A stretch of DNA of 64,000 bases from Lama guanicoe. Taxonomy: Eukaryota. The position numbers were made by a program, and so were the translations under genes. This document shows, piece after piece, positions 36,690-47,473 of the stretch. The DNA lies in contig MU056000.1 of assembly GCA_013239625.1 (NCBI GenBank), positions 186,001-250,000 on the forward strand, in the 5' to 3' direction. The notes beneath the pieces are model-generated. The model saw nothing but the letters and a program-made list of their open reading frames with translations. It made no database searches and was not told where the DNA came from. Numbering within the stretch: position 1 is the first letter of the stretch; each line of letters starts with the position of its first letter.

Positions 36690-38250
36690 TGCCCGCTCAT
36701 TAGTTTACTGTGAGACCCTTGGTGCCCAGAGCTCAGCAGTCAGCACAGTCTTTTCCTTTGTCAAAACCACGGGGGAAATGCTGTCCTTCAACAGCAGGTG
36801 GAAAACACTGAACTCCTAGTAACGGGTTAACCAGATGAGACGCCAGACCTCCACATGAGAAACAGAAACCGTCATTTGGAGAAATTAAAGAAGACCCAGG
36901 TAATTGGAGGATGTGTCACATTCACGAATGGGAGGACTCAGCAACATTCCAAAGATGTCAGAACAAATTGTAGGACTACTGACATCGCCACAAAACTGAG
37001 CAGGAAGTCTGGAGCGACATCGACAAGCCAACTGGAAGTGCAGAGGGCGGAGCACATCTAAGGCCACCTGGGGGTGGGGCGGGAGTGCTGATCACTGGGG
37101 ACGGGTAGTCCGGAGACAAGACCCCGTAGGCTCAGGGGCTGGGATGGGTGGGATCAGTACAGCCGTGGCCAGACAGACCCGGGAGGCGGAACTGGAGGTT
37201 CAGAGCAGGTGTGGGCTTCCAACGGAGGCGGCACTGCCCGGAGGTGGGGAGGTGCTGCTCTTGTCAGCAAACGGGGCTGCGTGAGCTGGATCCGAACGGA
37301 AGATGAATACTGACTCTTACCTCACACCATGCACAGTGGACAGTGGAAGTTTCCAGAAGATAACAAGGCAGAGTGAGGTGGAAAGACTTCTTGGGACAAA
37401 ACCCTGTCCCTGAAGAGAGACTGATGGATCGGCCGAGTCAGAGCCATCAAGAGAGCAGAAGGGCAGGCCAGGCCGTGGAGGAGATCTTGCGAAGAAGATA
37501 CCCTAAAAGGACGTGTGTTCACGGAGGTGAGGAACACTGACAGGTCCGCAGGCCCTCAGTGGAAACTCATGAAAAAGATGGAGAAACAGGCAACACGCTC
37601 ACCTGCATTTAAGTGAGAAGACGCTCAGCGTCATTAGCCTTGACGATGTGCTAATTAAGACCACAAAAAGAAACCACGACACATCCACCACCGAGCCCAA
37701 ACGAAGAAGGCTGCAGATACCAAACATTGGCCAAAACGTCCAGCAACCGGACGCTCACGCTGCCTCAGCGGAGCCTGGATTCGCGTGTTCGCTTTGCACT
37801 ACTGGGCATTTTCTGCTACAGCTGGGCCCTGCCCACCCCGTGGCCCAGTAACTCCACTCCTGGGTGTGCACCCAACAGCAACGCCCTCAAAACACAGCAG
37901 CAGCCCCTGTGTCGGCTCAGATGGGAAACCACGCAGATGTCCCAGCAGTGAGTGGATGCATCAGCTGTGGCTCATCCACGCAGAGAAGGACCGGTCAATG
38001 ATGCGGGTGAAACATGCCACCACACACCACGTGGGTGAGTCACGGCTGTGACGTGACGCAGAGGACATAGCGCTCCATTTACCTCCAGAAGCGGCCCGGG
38101 TGTGGCCGGCACCTTGACTGTCTCTGGGGAGGGTGGATGGGAGGGTTCAGAGCTGCTATTGGGTCCCACTTCCTTACTGGGTGGTGCAGCTGCATATTTA
38201 TGGCGTGGGCACTTTGCAGCCTATGTGTTATGCCTGAATCTCTGAAGTCC
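36690..38250 (+). mobile_element. Degraded sense LINE-1 (ORF2 C-terminal region and 3' UTR)
   Basis: cacattcacgaatgggaggactcagcaacattccaaagatgtca; ctcttacctcacaccatgcaca; ccgtggcccagtaactccactcctgggtgtgcaccca; 3'-end-like sequence at ~38200. Confidence 0.7.
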
Positions 38251-38295
38251 ATTAAGAAAGCATCCTTATGGGAAGTGCACCTGTGACCATAGAGC

Positions 38296-38500
38296 CCAGG
38301 TGAGGGGAGACTGCAGGTAAGAGTAGGGAACTCGAGTGAGTGGGGAGACTCCAGGTGAGGGGGGGACTCCAGGTGGGGAGGGACTCCAGGGGAGGGGGGG
38401 ACTCCAGGTGAGGGGGGGACTCCAGGTGAGAGGGAGACTCCAGGTGAGGGGGAGAGACTGGGTGAGAGGGAGACTCTGGGTGATGGGGAGACTCCAGGTG
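38296..38500 (+). repeat. ~18-bp G-rich minisatellite (GGGGAGACTCCAGGTGAG)n, ~11 degenerate copies
   Basis: CAGGTG recurs at 38297, 38352, 38370, 38405, 38423, 38441 and 38495 with ~18-bp periodicity. Confidence 0.9.
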
Positions 38501-39734
38501 GCTGAGCACCAGAAGCCGTGGCCAGTGGTGCCAGGTCTCAGCAGGAGGGAAAGCCTGGTGGGTCCACATCACCATGAGTTGGTCCCTGTTCACATCCAGA
38601 GCCCCTGACTCTGGACAGCACTGACCAACAACAATAACTTCTTCTGACCTCGGTGTCCACTTCTTTCTTGGAAACAGTGGATGGAGGGGTGCGCAGGTGA
38701 TTAGAGTCCAACCTTTGAGTTACGACCACACTCATTTTCCACCTTCCCGAGGTACTGGCTTGACATCTGGGGGCCAAAGAGCCTCAGCCACGTGTCACAG
38801 GTGACTGGGAGGGGCATCTCATCCACTCTGGGTGAGGTTACTGGTCACCTCCTAAGAAGGTGACTTGTCTGTGAGGTCTTGAATCTTCAGCACCTTTTCC
38901 TCCTTCTAGTTATTATAATGATCCAGTTAAGGAGTGACTGAAACAGAAGCGGGCCGGCCCTGCTGGGGTCCCAGGTGAGAGGGTAACGAGGAAGCGTGCA
39001 GCGGCCTCGTCACTGCCAACACCCAGGGCATTTTATCGACAATAGCGACAGTCGTGCCCACGGCGGCCAGTCTCTGTAGCCCACGGTAGTGGCCTTTGTG
39101 GCCCAGACCACAATTTCCCAGCGTGCACCCGGAGCCCGTAGGGGTCAGCCTCTGCATTCAGAGCCCGAGCAGGTGGGAGGACCGGGGGCCAGAGAGAGGG
39201 CTGGCGGCTGGCGGGGCCTTGTGGCGTCCTGGATGAGGCAACGGTCAGGCCTGGAGGCGCTGGGAAGGGGGAATTCTTGTCAGGAGGCACTGGCCAGGCC
39301 CCAGCTCACCTGGTGGCTCCCTCTCACCTCACAGGGGTGCCTCCACTGGAACTTTTGTGGTTCCAGTGATACAGGCTGGGAAGTGACCAAATGTGAATGT
39401 ACAGCTTGATGAGTTCTTCGAGCACGGACGGTCGAGTCACTTAGAAAAGCGGGCGTCTGAGCCCCAGCTGCCCCCAGGGAGCCGCCCGGCTTGGGGGAGG
39501 GGCTGGCGGCCCTGGGGGCACTTCGGGAGCTGGCCGCCGGGCCTCCGGGCCGTGTGGGCGTGGCCTGCGGGGAGCGAGTCCTCGCGGCCCAGGCCCAGCC
39601 CTTTCCAAGAGGCTTTCTCTTCACAGGTGTGACTTGCTTGACAGGTGGACGAGACGCTTTCGCAGTGATTAACGCTGGTGTGAAGTGTGGCAGCTCCCTC
39701 AGGTAAGCCTAAAGTGACTGTCACGCTGTTGCAG

Positions 39735-39864
39735 ACAGACGTGATGCACCAGAACATCTACGACTACATCCACGTGGACGACCGCCAGGACTTCCGCCGG
39801 CAGCTCCACTGGGCCATGGACCCCCCACCGGCAGCGTGTGGGCAGCCCCTGTTCGCGGAGACAG
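39735..39864 (+). CDS. AHRR: AHRR coding exon (approx. exon 6): [43 protein letters not shown](G)
   Basis: ttgcAG acceptor and ACAG|gtgggt donor; 130 nt; diagnostic AHRR PAS sequence. Confidence 0.97.
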
Positions 39865-40694
39865 GTGGGTCTTCCTGGGCCCAGTCCAGCCCAGGCTCAG
39901 ACGTTAGTGGGAGCACGTGGGCGTCTCTGCAGGGACCCTTCCTCTCCCTGATGCCGCGTCCACTCCCCTCCTCGAAGACCTCCTCCCGCGTCCCTCTTCC
40001 CGCCTCCAGCCCAACGTGGCTCTCTGGCTGTCTCTGGCCACTTCTCTGTGCTCACCAAGAAGCCACAGTACTTGTCTCCCATCTTCCAGGAAAGTTGTGT
40101 GGCCGACATTAGATTTACCTGAAAAAAGCCCGCAAAGGTTGTTTGTTCAGAGACGTTGTCCCTTGCGAGCAGGACCTCTGCGAAGTCCTGGATCTGCGGC
40201 CCCTGCCCACTCCACACGCTGGGCAGGCATCCAGGTCCTTGAGGGACAGAGCAGCGTCACCGGGGTCCAGTGCAGGGAAGACAGAGTTCTGGCCTTTCAC
40301 ACACCTCCCCTGAAGTGGTAACTAATTCGAGAGGGGTTTCCAGCACAACTTCACACAGCAGCACGATTCACTTTATAACGCTGAGGGGAGCGCAAACTTC
40401 AGATGCCCACGCAGGTTTATTTTAAAGCTCAAGACAAAAACAAAAACAAAAACTCAACCACTGATCGCTCATCACACATGCAGTTGTTCTGAAACGCTGT
40501 TTTTAAGGGCAAAGGACGAAGAAGGGAAAATATGTCAGGGCGGCTGTCTCTAGGGAACTGGGACACACTGGGCGCTCATGGGAGGGCGACCTGGGGGGCC
40601 ACGTGTGCTCCGCGCCCTTACACGCATGACCTTGCTCATCAGAGCGTATTTATGGTTTCTCCCTTGATCACGCTGCCTCTGCCAATGTGGGCAG

Positions 40695-40831
40695 GAGAGG
40701 ACGCCATCCTGGGGAGGCTGCTGCGGGCCCAGGAGGGGGGCGCCGGCTCGCCCACGGAGTACTCAGCCTTCCTGACGCGCTGCTTCGTCTGCCGCGTGCG
40801 CTGCCTGCTAGACAGCACCTCGGGCTTCCTG
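40695..40831 (+). CDS. AHRR: AHRR coding exon (approx. exon 7): (G)[45 protein letters not shown]
   Basis: gggcAG acceptor and CTG|gtgagt donor; 137 nt, frame-compatible with neighbours; [17 protein letters not shown] motif. Confidence 0.97.
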
Positions 40832-42051
40832 GTGAGTGCACGGGGCTGCGGCCTGCAGGGTGGCGGGGCTGTGCCGCAGTGCGGACCAAGAAGCCAAGAA
40901 GCGAGGGGCAGTGCCCGAGGTGCTGACTGCCCATGACTCAGCTGGGAGAGTGTGCAGGCAGTGAGATGAAAATGTGAAGTCAGCTGCCGGTAGAGGCACC
41001 ACCTAGATGAACTGGAAATCTGCAGAGGGTTTGTACTTATGTTCAATTTCCCTTTATTTAAAACTCATTAAAAGTGTTTTCCCAGCGAGGACTGAAAAGC
41101 ACAGGAGAGCCGAATGGCAGCCCTGGCTTCTGGTTTTAACCTCTCCTCCTACAGAAAGACACTGGGGTTTCCATTTCTCCTCCAGCGCCTCCTTGGAAGG
41201 GCTGAGGCGGATGGAGGTGTGCCCTCACGGGCAGCAGAGCAAAGCTCCCGCCCACCCCAAACCTCCATCCCCTGGACCGCATGTATGCTGCTCTCCAGGG
41301 CCTCTGCCGCCTCCCCTTGGCCCAGGGTCCCCACAGTCTCTCCCAGGAGCCCAGCGCGCCCCATCCCTGTGCTGCTTTGCCCACCTCCACTGCTGACCCC
41401 AGGGCCAGTGGGCTTTCCCCATCAGTGTCTGGTGCCGGACCCTGAGCCCCAGCTTCCTGCCTCATCCTGGGTGCATGCAGAGCGGCCCCTCCCACGACCC
41501 CTGCTCCTCCCCAGCCACACCTTGACTGTGGGGTCCTGGGGGTCTGTCTCCTCTCCTGGGCTGTGGTCCCCAAGAAGGACAAACAGCAGGTGTTTGGTGT
41601 TTGGCAGGACCTCTGAGTGTTAGTCCCTGGGCTGGCCTGATGTGTTCCAGGAGGTGCTCAGTGGGTGTCTGTGGGAGGGAAGGAGGGGCAGGGGCAAGCA
41701 GGTATTTCTGGATCAGCTTCTAAATGGCTCTGAGGAGAGGGAGCCCTGAGGAGGCCCTGCTGACCAGCCTGAGCCCAAGATTGGCTCTTGGCCGTGGACG
41801 TCCCGCCTGCCTGTCTTGGTTCTCAATTCTCGCTGGCTTTCCCTGCCTGGGCCCCGAGCAGTGCCGTGCCGCGAGCCTCAGAGGTTTCTTACTGCTTTTG
41901 AGAAAATGTCAAACACTACAAATCAGGGCTTTTTTCTCTGGAGAGCTGGATGTTAAACATGTCCCAGCACCACTGCCTTGACTCGCCCACACCAAGCATG
42001 TGACCACCACGTGGTAGGTGCTTTGCAAGTATTTGTTCACTCAATCAGTCC

Positions 42052-42215
42052 ATGGACAAATGGGTGGATGGACAGATGGAAGGATGGATGGATAGATGGA
42101 TGGATGGATGGAAGGGTGGATGGAGAGACGGAAGGACGGATGGAAGGATGGATGGACAGATGGAAGAATGGATGGATGGAAGGATGGATAGAAAGCAGGA
42201 TGGATGAACAGAAGA
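42052..42215 (+). repeat. (GGAT/GGAA)n microsatellite, probably grown from an L2 3' tail
   Basis: tggatggacagatggaaggatggatgg..., preceded by gtaggtgctttgcaagtatttgtt (L2 3'-end-like). Confidence 0.85.
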
Positions 42216-42855
42216 TGGCTAGGGAGAGAGTGCAGCCACATTGTGGGGTCATTTTTCCATCAAGGACAGGAGCACCCTGAAGTCACTTTAAGTAACTCGA
42301 TTATAGATCAGCTCTTCCATTATAGAGAGATCCTTAATTTTCTTTTATCGCAAACTCCAAAGTTACTTCCTGGATTTTTACTCACACCGTGTGCTCTAGA
42401 TAACCAAGTCAAGCTGTCCCTAAGTTTTATCATCACGAATGAAGCAATACTAATTTGGAAGTGGCGGGTTAATGTGGAAAGTCCTCAGAGATTATCTACC
42501 CAAGCAGATCCTACTGAAGGGCTGCCTGGTGGCCCTGCCCCAGTCAGTGCACATGTATGTCCCCGTGCGAGGACTCACACACCCACACACCCATGAGTGC
42601 ACACACGAGAACATGCCTTAAGGTTGGAGGACATCACGGGGACTCCAGAGCAACCCCGAGCCATTCAAAGGCCACGGGGAACACATGACCAAGGAGGCCG
42701 AGTGTGGAAGAAGTGCTGGTTCACGTCTGCTTAGTGACTCAGGAAAGATCCTCTCCGAGCTTTTTCTGTCCCTGGGAACGTGAATTCTTTGTCCTTTGGC
42801 CGTGTCACTAATTCACTCTGTGAACACAGCTTCGTTTCTGTCTTTGAAACACCAG

Positions 42856-43055
42856 ACGATGCAGTTTCAAGGAAAACTAAAATTCCTGTTTGGGCAGAAG
42901 AGGAAGGCGCCGTCGGGCGCAGCCCTGCCGCCTTGCCTCTCCCTGTTCTGTGTGGCAGAGCCGGTGCTCCTGCCTTCCGTGGCGGAGATGAAGGTGAAGA
43001 GCGTGCTTCTGAGGGCGAAGCACAGAGGGGACATCTCGTCCACAACGGACACCAA
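42856..43055 (+). CDS. AHRR: AHRR coding exon: [66 protein letters not shown](K)
   Basis: caccAG acceptor and CAA|gtgagt donor; 200 nt, ends in phase 2. Confidence 0.96.
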
Positions 43056-43599
43056 GTGAGTAAGGGTCCCCTTGGCGGCTGGTGGGTCAGTCTCCGCACT
43101 TGGTGTTTTCTGTCTAGTCTTTCCTCCTTTCCAGCCAGCAGTAAAATGGGACGTTTGCTGTTTTTAAAGCTAGTACATTATGTAGGAAGCAACTATTAGA
43201 TAAAAAGCTTTCACTAATATTTGTGACTGTGGCACCAAACACTCCTGCATGTCTGCCTTCCTGCGCCCTCCAGTTACAGCCTCCCAGTCAGCGCCCGGCC
43301 TGTGTCCACTGTGGGGATGGGAGGCCAGGGGAGCAGCCCTCCCTGCTGCCTCTGCCATCCCCTCCGTCAGCTCAGCGCTGGGGCAAATGCTGGAGATGAC
43401 GTCCCGGCAGCGGTGACACGGCACACATTCTGTCCACCCAGGGATTTCTCGGCTTTTGGGGAGTACAGAGCACCTTGAATTAGGTTTTCTGGGGGGTCCC
43501 TGGCTATAATCTCCTGCAATGGGCCAGGTCTGTGCTGCAGGGGTCACTTTCCGGAGCGATTAAAACGTTGTGCGTCTGCAACCTGTGTTTCCAGTTGTG

Positions 43600-44560
43600 C
43601 ACCTGCGAGGGCGACCCCGGGGAGAAGGGAGGGCCGTCTGAGGTCTGCGTGACGCCCCCTCCGTACCGCTGACGGGCAAAAGGCCTCCTAGTCCCCAGCC
43701 CACTTCTCGGCCCCCCTCGGCACCCGCGGTTCACCTTTGGCCGCAGAGCCGTTTAGCCGAGGAGGAAGGCCGGCAACAGCCGCGCTGGAGGGCTCCTGCC
43801 GGCCCCTTCCCGCCTCGGGTCTGCGGGGCGGCCGCTGCCGTCACGCACGAGGGAGGCCCGCGGACAGGGCCGGCCTCTGGGCCCCGCCGGCCCGCATGCT
43901 GGAGCATTTAAAAATTAAATATGATACGCCCTTTGTAAAGGTAGGAAATGTCACAAAATAGGAGGGAGGAAAACAGAACACCTGAGGGAAAAACACAGTA
44001 AAAATAACCAGTGAAGCGGCCAAAACGAAGCTGCGCCAAAGCCCCGAGGCCACGCCCGGCCGCACCCGCGCGGCTCTCGGGGGCCGGAGCCTCCGAGCGG
44101 CCGCGCGACAGCCCGCCGCCCGCTGCCGCCCCGCCTGGGCCGACGCGCTCACACCGCGAAGCACCCTCCGTCTGCGCCTGCTGTCTCAGAGCGCCGTGTG
44201 TGAGCTCCCTCGGGCCGACGGGGACGAGACGCCGCGAGCTCCCCAGCCCCGCAGCGGAGACGAGGAAAGCCCGCGCTGCCCCGCTGTCCCGGCGCCCGTG
44301 CGCGAGGCGGGCCCTGCTGCCCTCCGGCGGCCGTGGCGGGAAGCGCAGGTGTGCGCGGCGGCGTCCCCAGCGCAGGGCCGCGCAGGAGCCGCGGGGCTTC
44401 CGCGCAGGAGCCGCGGGGCTTCCGAGCAGGTGCGGCCCCCCGAGTCGCCCACTGCTGCTCGGCCCCGGAGGGCTGGCGAGGGTGAGGGTGCGGTGAGGGT
44501 GAGGGGGGCGCACACGTGGGGACAGCGCGGGTACAAGACTCACATTGGACGGATGTCGTT
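43600..44560. promoter_or_regulatory. Intragenic CpG island in an AHRR intron
   Basis: ~1 kb of very high CpG density between the exons ending at 43055 and starting at 45634; GC boxes; internal AT-rich core at 43905-44010. Confidence 0.75.
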
Positions 44561-45129
44561 GAGACTCGGACGAGAGGAAGCCAGGCCCAGCCACAGGGTG
44601 TTACTCCCACCCAACATTTTAAGAAAGAAGCACGTGACTTCTGTCGGCCTCCGACGTTTCCTGGAACTGATTTCTGCTCTGAACCGAACTCTTCACCAAC
44701 TCCGACGCTGCATCACGTTCGTTTGCGTCTGAGCTCAGAGCATGTGAGGAGCAGACCCGGAGTCTGGGACCCTGAGAGGGTTGCGCTGGGTGGCACGGGG
44801 GGCGGGGTGGCCCCTGAAGACCTTTCAAGCCCTTCACAGGCTTTCCTCGACGGGACTTTGTGACGCACCCTCACTCCTAAATGCTCACCGGTTCTGTGCG
44901 TGTGAATCAGCCTACTGGCTGATTGTCCTCCAGACAGCTCGGGGCCTTCCCAGTCATCCACGGACGTGAACCACCTGGGAGGCATTTGAATTGCTCGATG
45001 GTAGGATCCCCACCAAGGGCGACGCTCCAGCCTCACGTCTCTGACTCCGTCTCTCCTACAGGGGAGACCAGAAAACGGAGAGGCAGCGCCATGGCAGTGC
45101 AGGGAGCTCTGCCTGTGGTGTGGTTGGAA

Positions 45130-45212
45130 GGGATTTGAATCCTGTTCCTGCACCTGAAGGACAGGCGACTTCAGACAAGTCACTTAATGCTTCTGAGCCT
45201 CATTTTTCCTTG
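45130..45212 (+). mobile_element. MIR fragment
   Basis: gatttgaatcctgttcctgc...gacaagtcacttaatgcttctgagcctcatttttcct. Confidence 0.6.
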
Positions 45213-45633
45213 AGCATATCTCCCAGGAGGAGCTGGCTTGGGGTTTGAGACCACACACCCTGTGTCAGTGCACACACACCCCTGGGCCGTGGCTCAGTGT
45301 CACCGACTTAGTGCTCATGGTGACTTTGTAAACTACTGCAGATCACAGGACTCACCTGACTTTCACTCTGACCGTCGGAAGAAAACCAAAGCACTGAGAT
45401 CCTTCCAGGCGCATGTCTGCTTCCTGCAGCAGCTTCGCTGGTGCTTCTTTGGCCTGAAAAGTGATATGAATTGGAATTTTCAGCAAATCTGTAACTGAAA
45501 AAAGGTTTATAATCTTTAAGTTTTTGTTGCGTCCTCTCCTCTTAGGTGTGACAGTGACACCTGTCATGTTGCAATTTCTGCCATTGACGCGTATTTATTC
45601 TGCTTGCTATGTTGCTATTTTTGTCCTTCACAG

Positions 45634-45695
45634 AGCGAAAGCTACCGGGAGTCTGTGTGAATCAGAATTGTATGGAAAACCCAGTCATTTAACAG
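45634..45695 (+). CDS. AHRR: AHRR coding exon: (K)AKATGSLCESELYGKPSHLT(G)
   Basis: ttgtccttcacAG acceptor and CAG|gtact donor; 62 nt; resembles recalled human VKATTSLCESELHGKPNYS. Confidence 0.92.
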
Positions 45696-45859
45696 GTACT
45701 TGTTAAAATTGTCTCCTCTTCTTCAAGTGAGTGAAGTGTCTGTGTCCGTGGAGACATGGAGAGTCCCACAGGAATGCCGTCAGGAGGGGCAGGCGTCTGG
45801 CTGAGCGGGGGGCTGGAGGCTGCGGTCGCTGCTCACCCACCTTCTCTGACTCCCGACAG

Positions 45860-46001
45860 GAAGGGGCGATGGGGAAAACAGCATTTCCGTGTTCAGGGCA
45901 CCAGCGGACGCCTGCTGCTGGGCCCGGGTTCCAGCCCGGGTCCCCTGCCTGTGCCTCAGGGGCCGCCCAGATCTTGTCTTTGACCCCGAGGGGGCCGCAG
46001 G
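45860..46001 (+). CDS. AHRR: AHRR coding exon: (G)RGDGENSISVFRAPADACCWARVPARVPCLCLRGRPDLVFDPEGAA(G)
   Basis: ctcccgacAG acceptor and AGG|gtaagt donor; 142 nt, phase 1 to phase 2; WA.VPAR.PCLCLRG.PDLV.DP motif. Confidence 0.92.
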
Positions 46002-46473
46002 GTAAGTGGCTCAGTCACAGCAGTCTGGTGGCCTTGACCACAGCAGCTAAACCTCTCTCTTGGTGGGACATGGTGACATGCAGAGCACACCCACACACGC
46101 TTCTTGCCTGGAAGTTCACATGTGTGGGGATTGGCCAGGGTCAGTGGGGACTGTGGCTGTAGCTCTGCCCGTGGCCTGGACCTAGGGTGATTGCCCGTCC
46201 CCGCCCCATCCTCCGTCCTCACTTTTGTTCAGAACCCTCTCTTCTCCCTGCCCTCCCACAGCCCTCACCTGCCCCCAACCCTGGGCACTAGGGAGGCCAT
46301 GGGAGGGTCACGTTCAAAAGGGAGGAGGCTGGCCTGGTGTCACAGGGCTGTGGACGGCACAGAGCAGCCCTTGCAGGGTGGCCAGCACCACCCTAATTTA
46401 GTGCCTCCCCTTAGAGACTGCACTGGTGGTCCATCGCTGTCCTGCTTTGTCTGACGGGCTTCTCTTCCTGCAG

Positions 46474-47473
46474 GGACGGGGGAGGAGAGGTGCTTGGGGG
46501 GCTGCTGAGCGGCTCCTTGGGACTGAGGGAGCGGAGAGACACGTACATGTCCAGCTGCCGCCTCGAGACACTAGGACCCACGAAGCACCTGAACTGGAAA
46601 TCCGGTCAGGACAGCGGCGCTAAGCTGAAGCTGGAGCCCAGCCAGAGCGACCCGTTCTCTGCGCATGCCCCGCCCCATGGCGCCTGCCTGCCTCACCCAG
46701 GCGTGCAGGGCACCATCCAGGCCAGCAGCGCTGTGTCCTTCAGGAACTGCCCCGGCTCTCACCCCCCAAAACATCCCCCAGGTGCCTGCGCCGGCCGGAC
46801 CAGCAGAGCCTTGCAGGATGGCCATCAGGGCCAAATGCACCCTCCTGCCAGCTGCCCCTTCCCCCAGGGGAGCCTGGACAATGGGCACCCTCAGCAGGGA
46901 GCGCAGTGTGTCCCACCAGGTGGCTATCCCACTGAGGACAAGTTGCGAGGTGTCCCGATGCCTATGGGAGCCCTGTGCAACCCCATGTCACTCGATGTGC
47001 CCATCAAGATGGAGAGTGACTCTGGGCCCGAGGACGCAGCAGATGGCTACTCTGTGTCCCCAAGCCAGGTGTGGCTGGGGGCCGGCGATGTGGCCAAGAG
47101 ACAGCTGGCCACTTTCCCGAGCAGGATGCACCTGAAAACAGAGCCGGACTCCAGGCACCACCTCTGCAGTCCACACCTGGGGCCCGGCACGCTGGGGGCC
47201 CACCCTAGGCCCAGCAGGGAGCTGGCCCCGTTCCACCCCTCACGCTGTGCCTGCCTGGGGCCTCCAGCCCGCCTCTGTGTGCGGGGCCACCAGCCCCCTG
47301 CTCCGGGCTACGACGGCAGAGCTCCTGGGGCCACGCCTGTCGTCAAGCGCGAGCCCTTGGACTCTCCCCCGTGGGCTGCTCCCAGCCAGGGCGGAGCGCC
47401 CGGGATGTTCCCCAGCAGTGCCTTGGCGACACGGAAGCCACCCAGAGACTCCATGTGCGCGTTCCTGCCGTAG
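46474..47473 (+). CDS. AHRR: AHRR last coding exon (C-terminal repression domain), ending ...SMCAFLP*
   Basis: tctcttcctgcAG acceptor, in frame with ORF 46490..47473; contains IKME, LKTE and VKREPLDSP motifs; TAG at 47471-47473. Confidence 0.96.

Noticed and set aside
38296-38500. Possible CRISPR-like array
   Set aside because: Head-to-tail tandem units without unique spacers, in a mammalian intron, with no cas genes.
38252-38593. Minus-strand ORF with repeated SPxHLE peptide
   Set aside because: Translation of the 18-bp minisatellite, whose unit length is a multiple of 3.
38500-38930. Possible ERVL/MaLR internal fragment
   Set aside because: Resemblance too faint to support without a Dfam search.
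41978-42280. WMDG- and IHPS-repeat ORFs
   Set aside because: Translations of the (GGAT)n microsatellite.
43841-44732. Several 110-230 aa ORFs on both strands
   Set aside because: CpG-island artefact: stop codons are depleted in all frames and the composition is low-complexity Arg/Ala/Gly/Pro.
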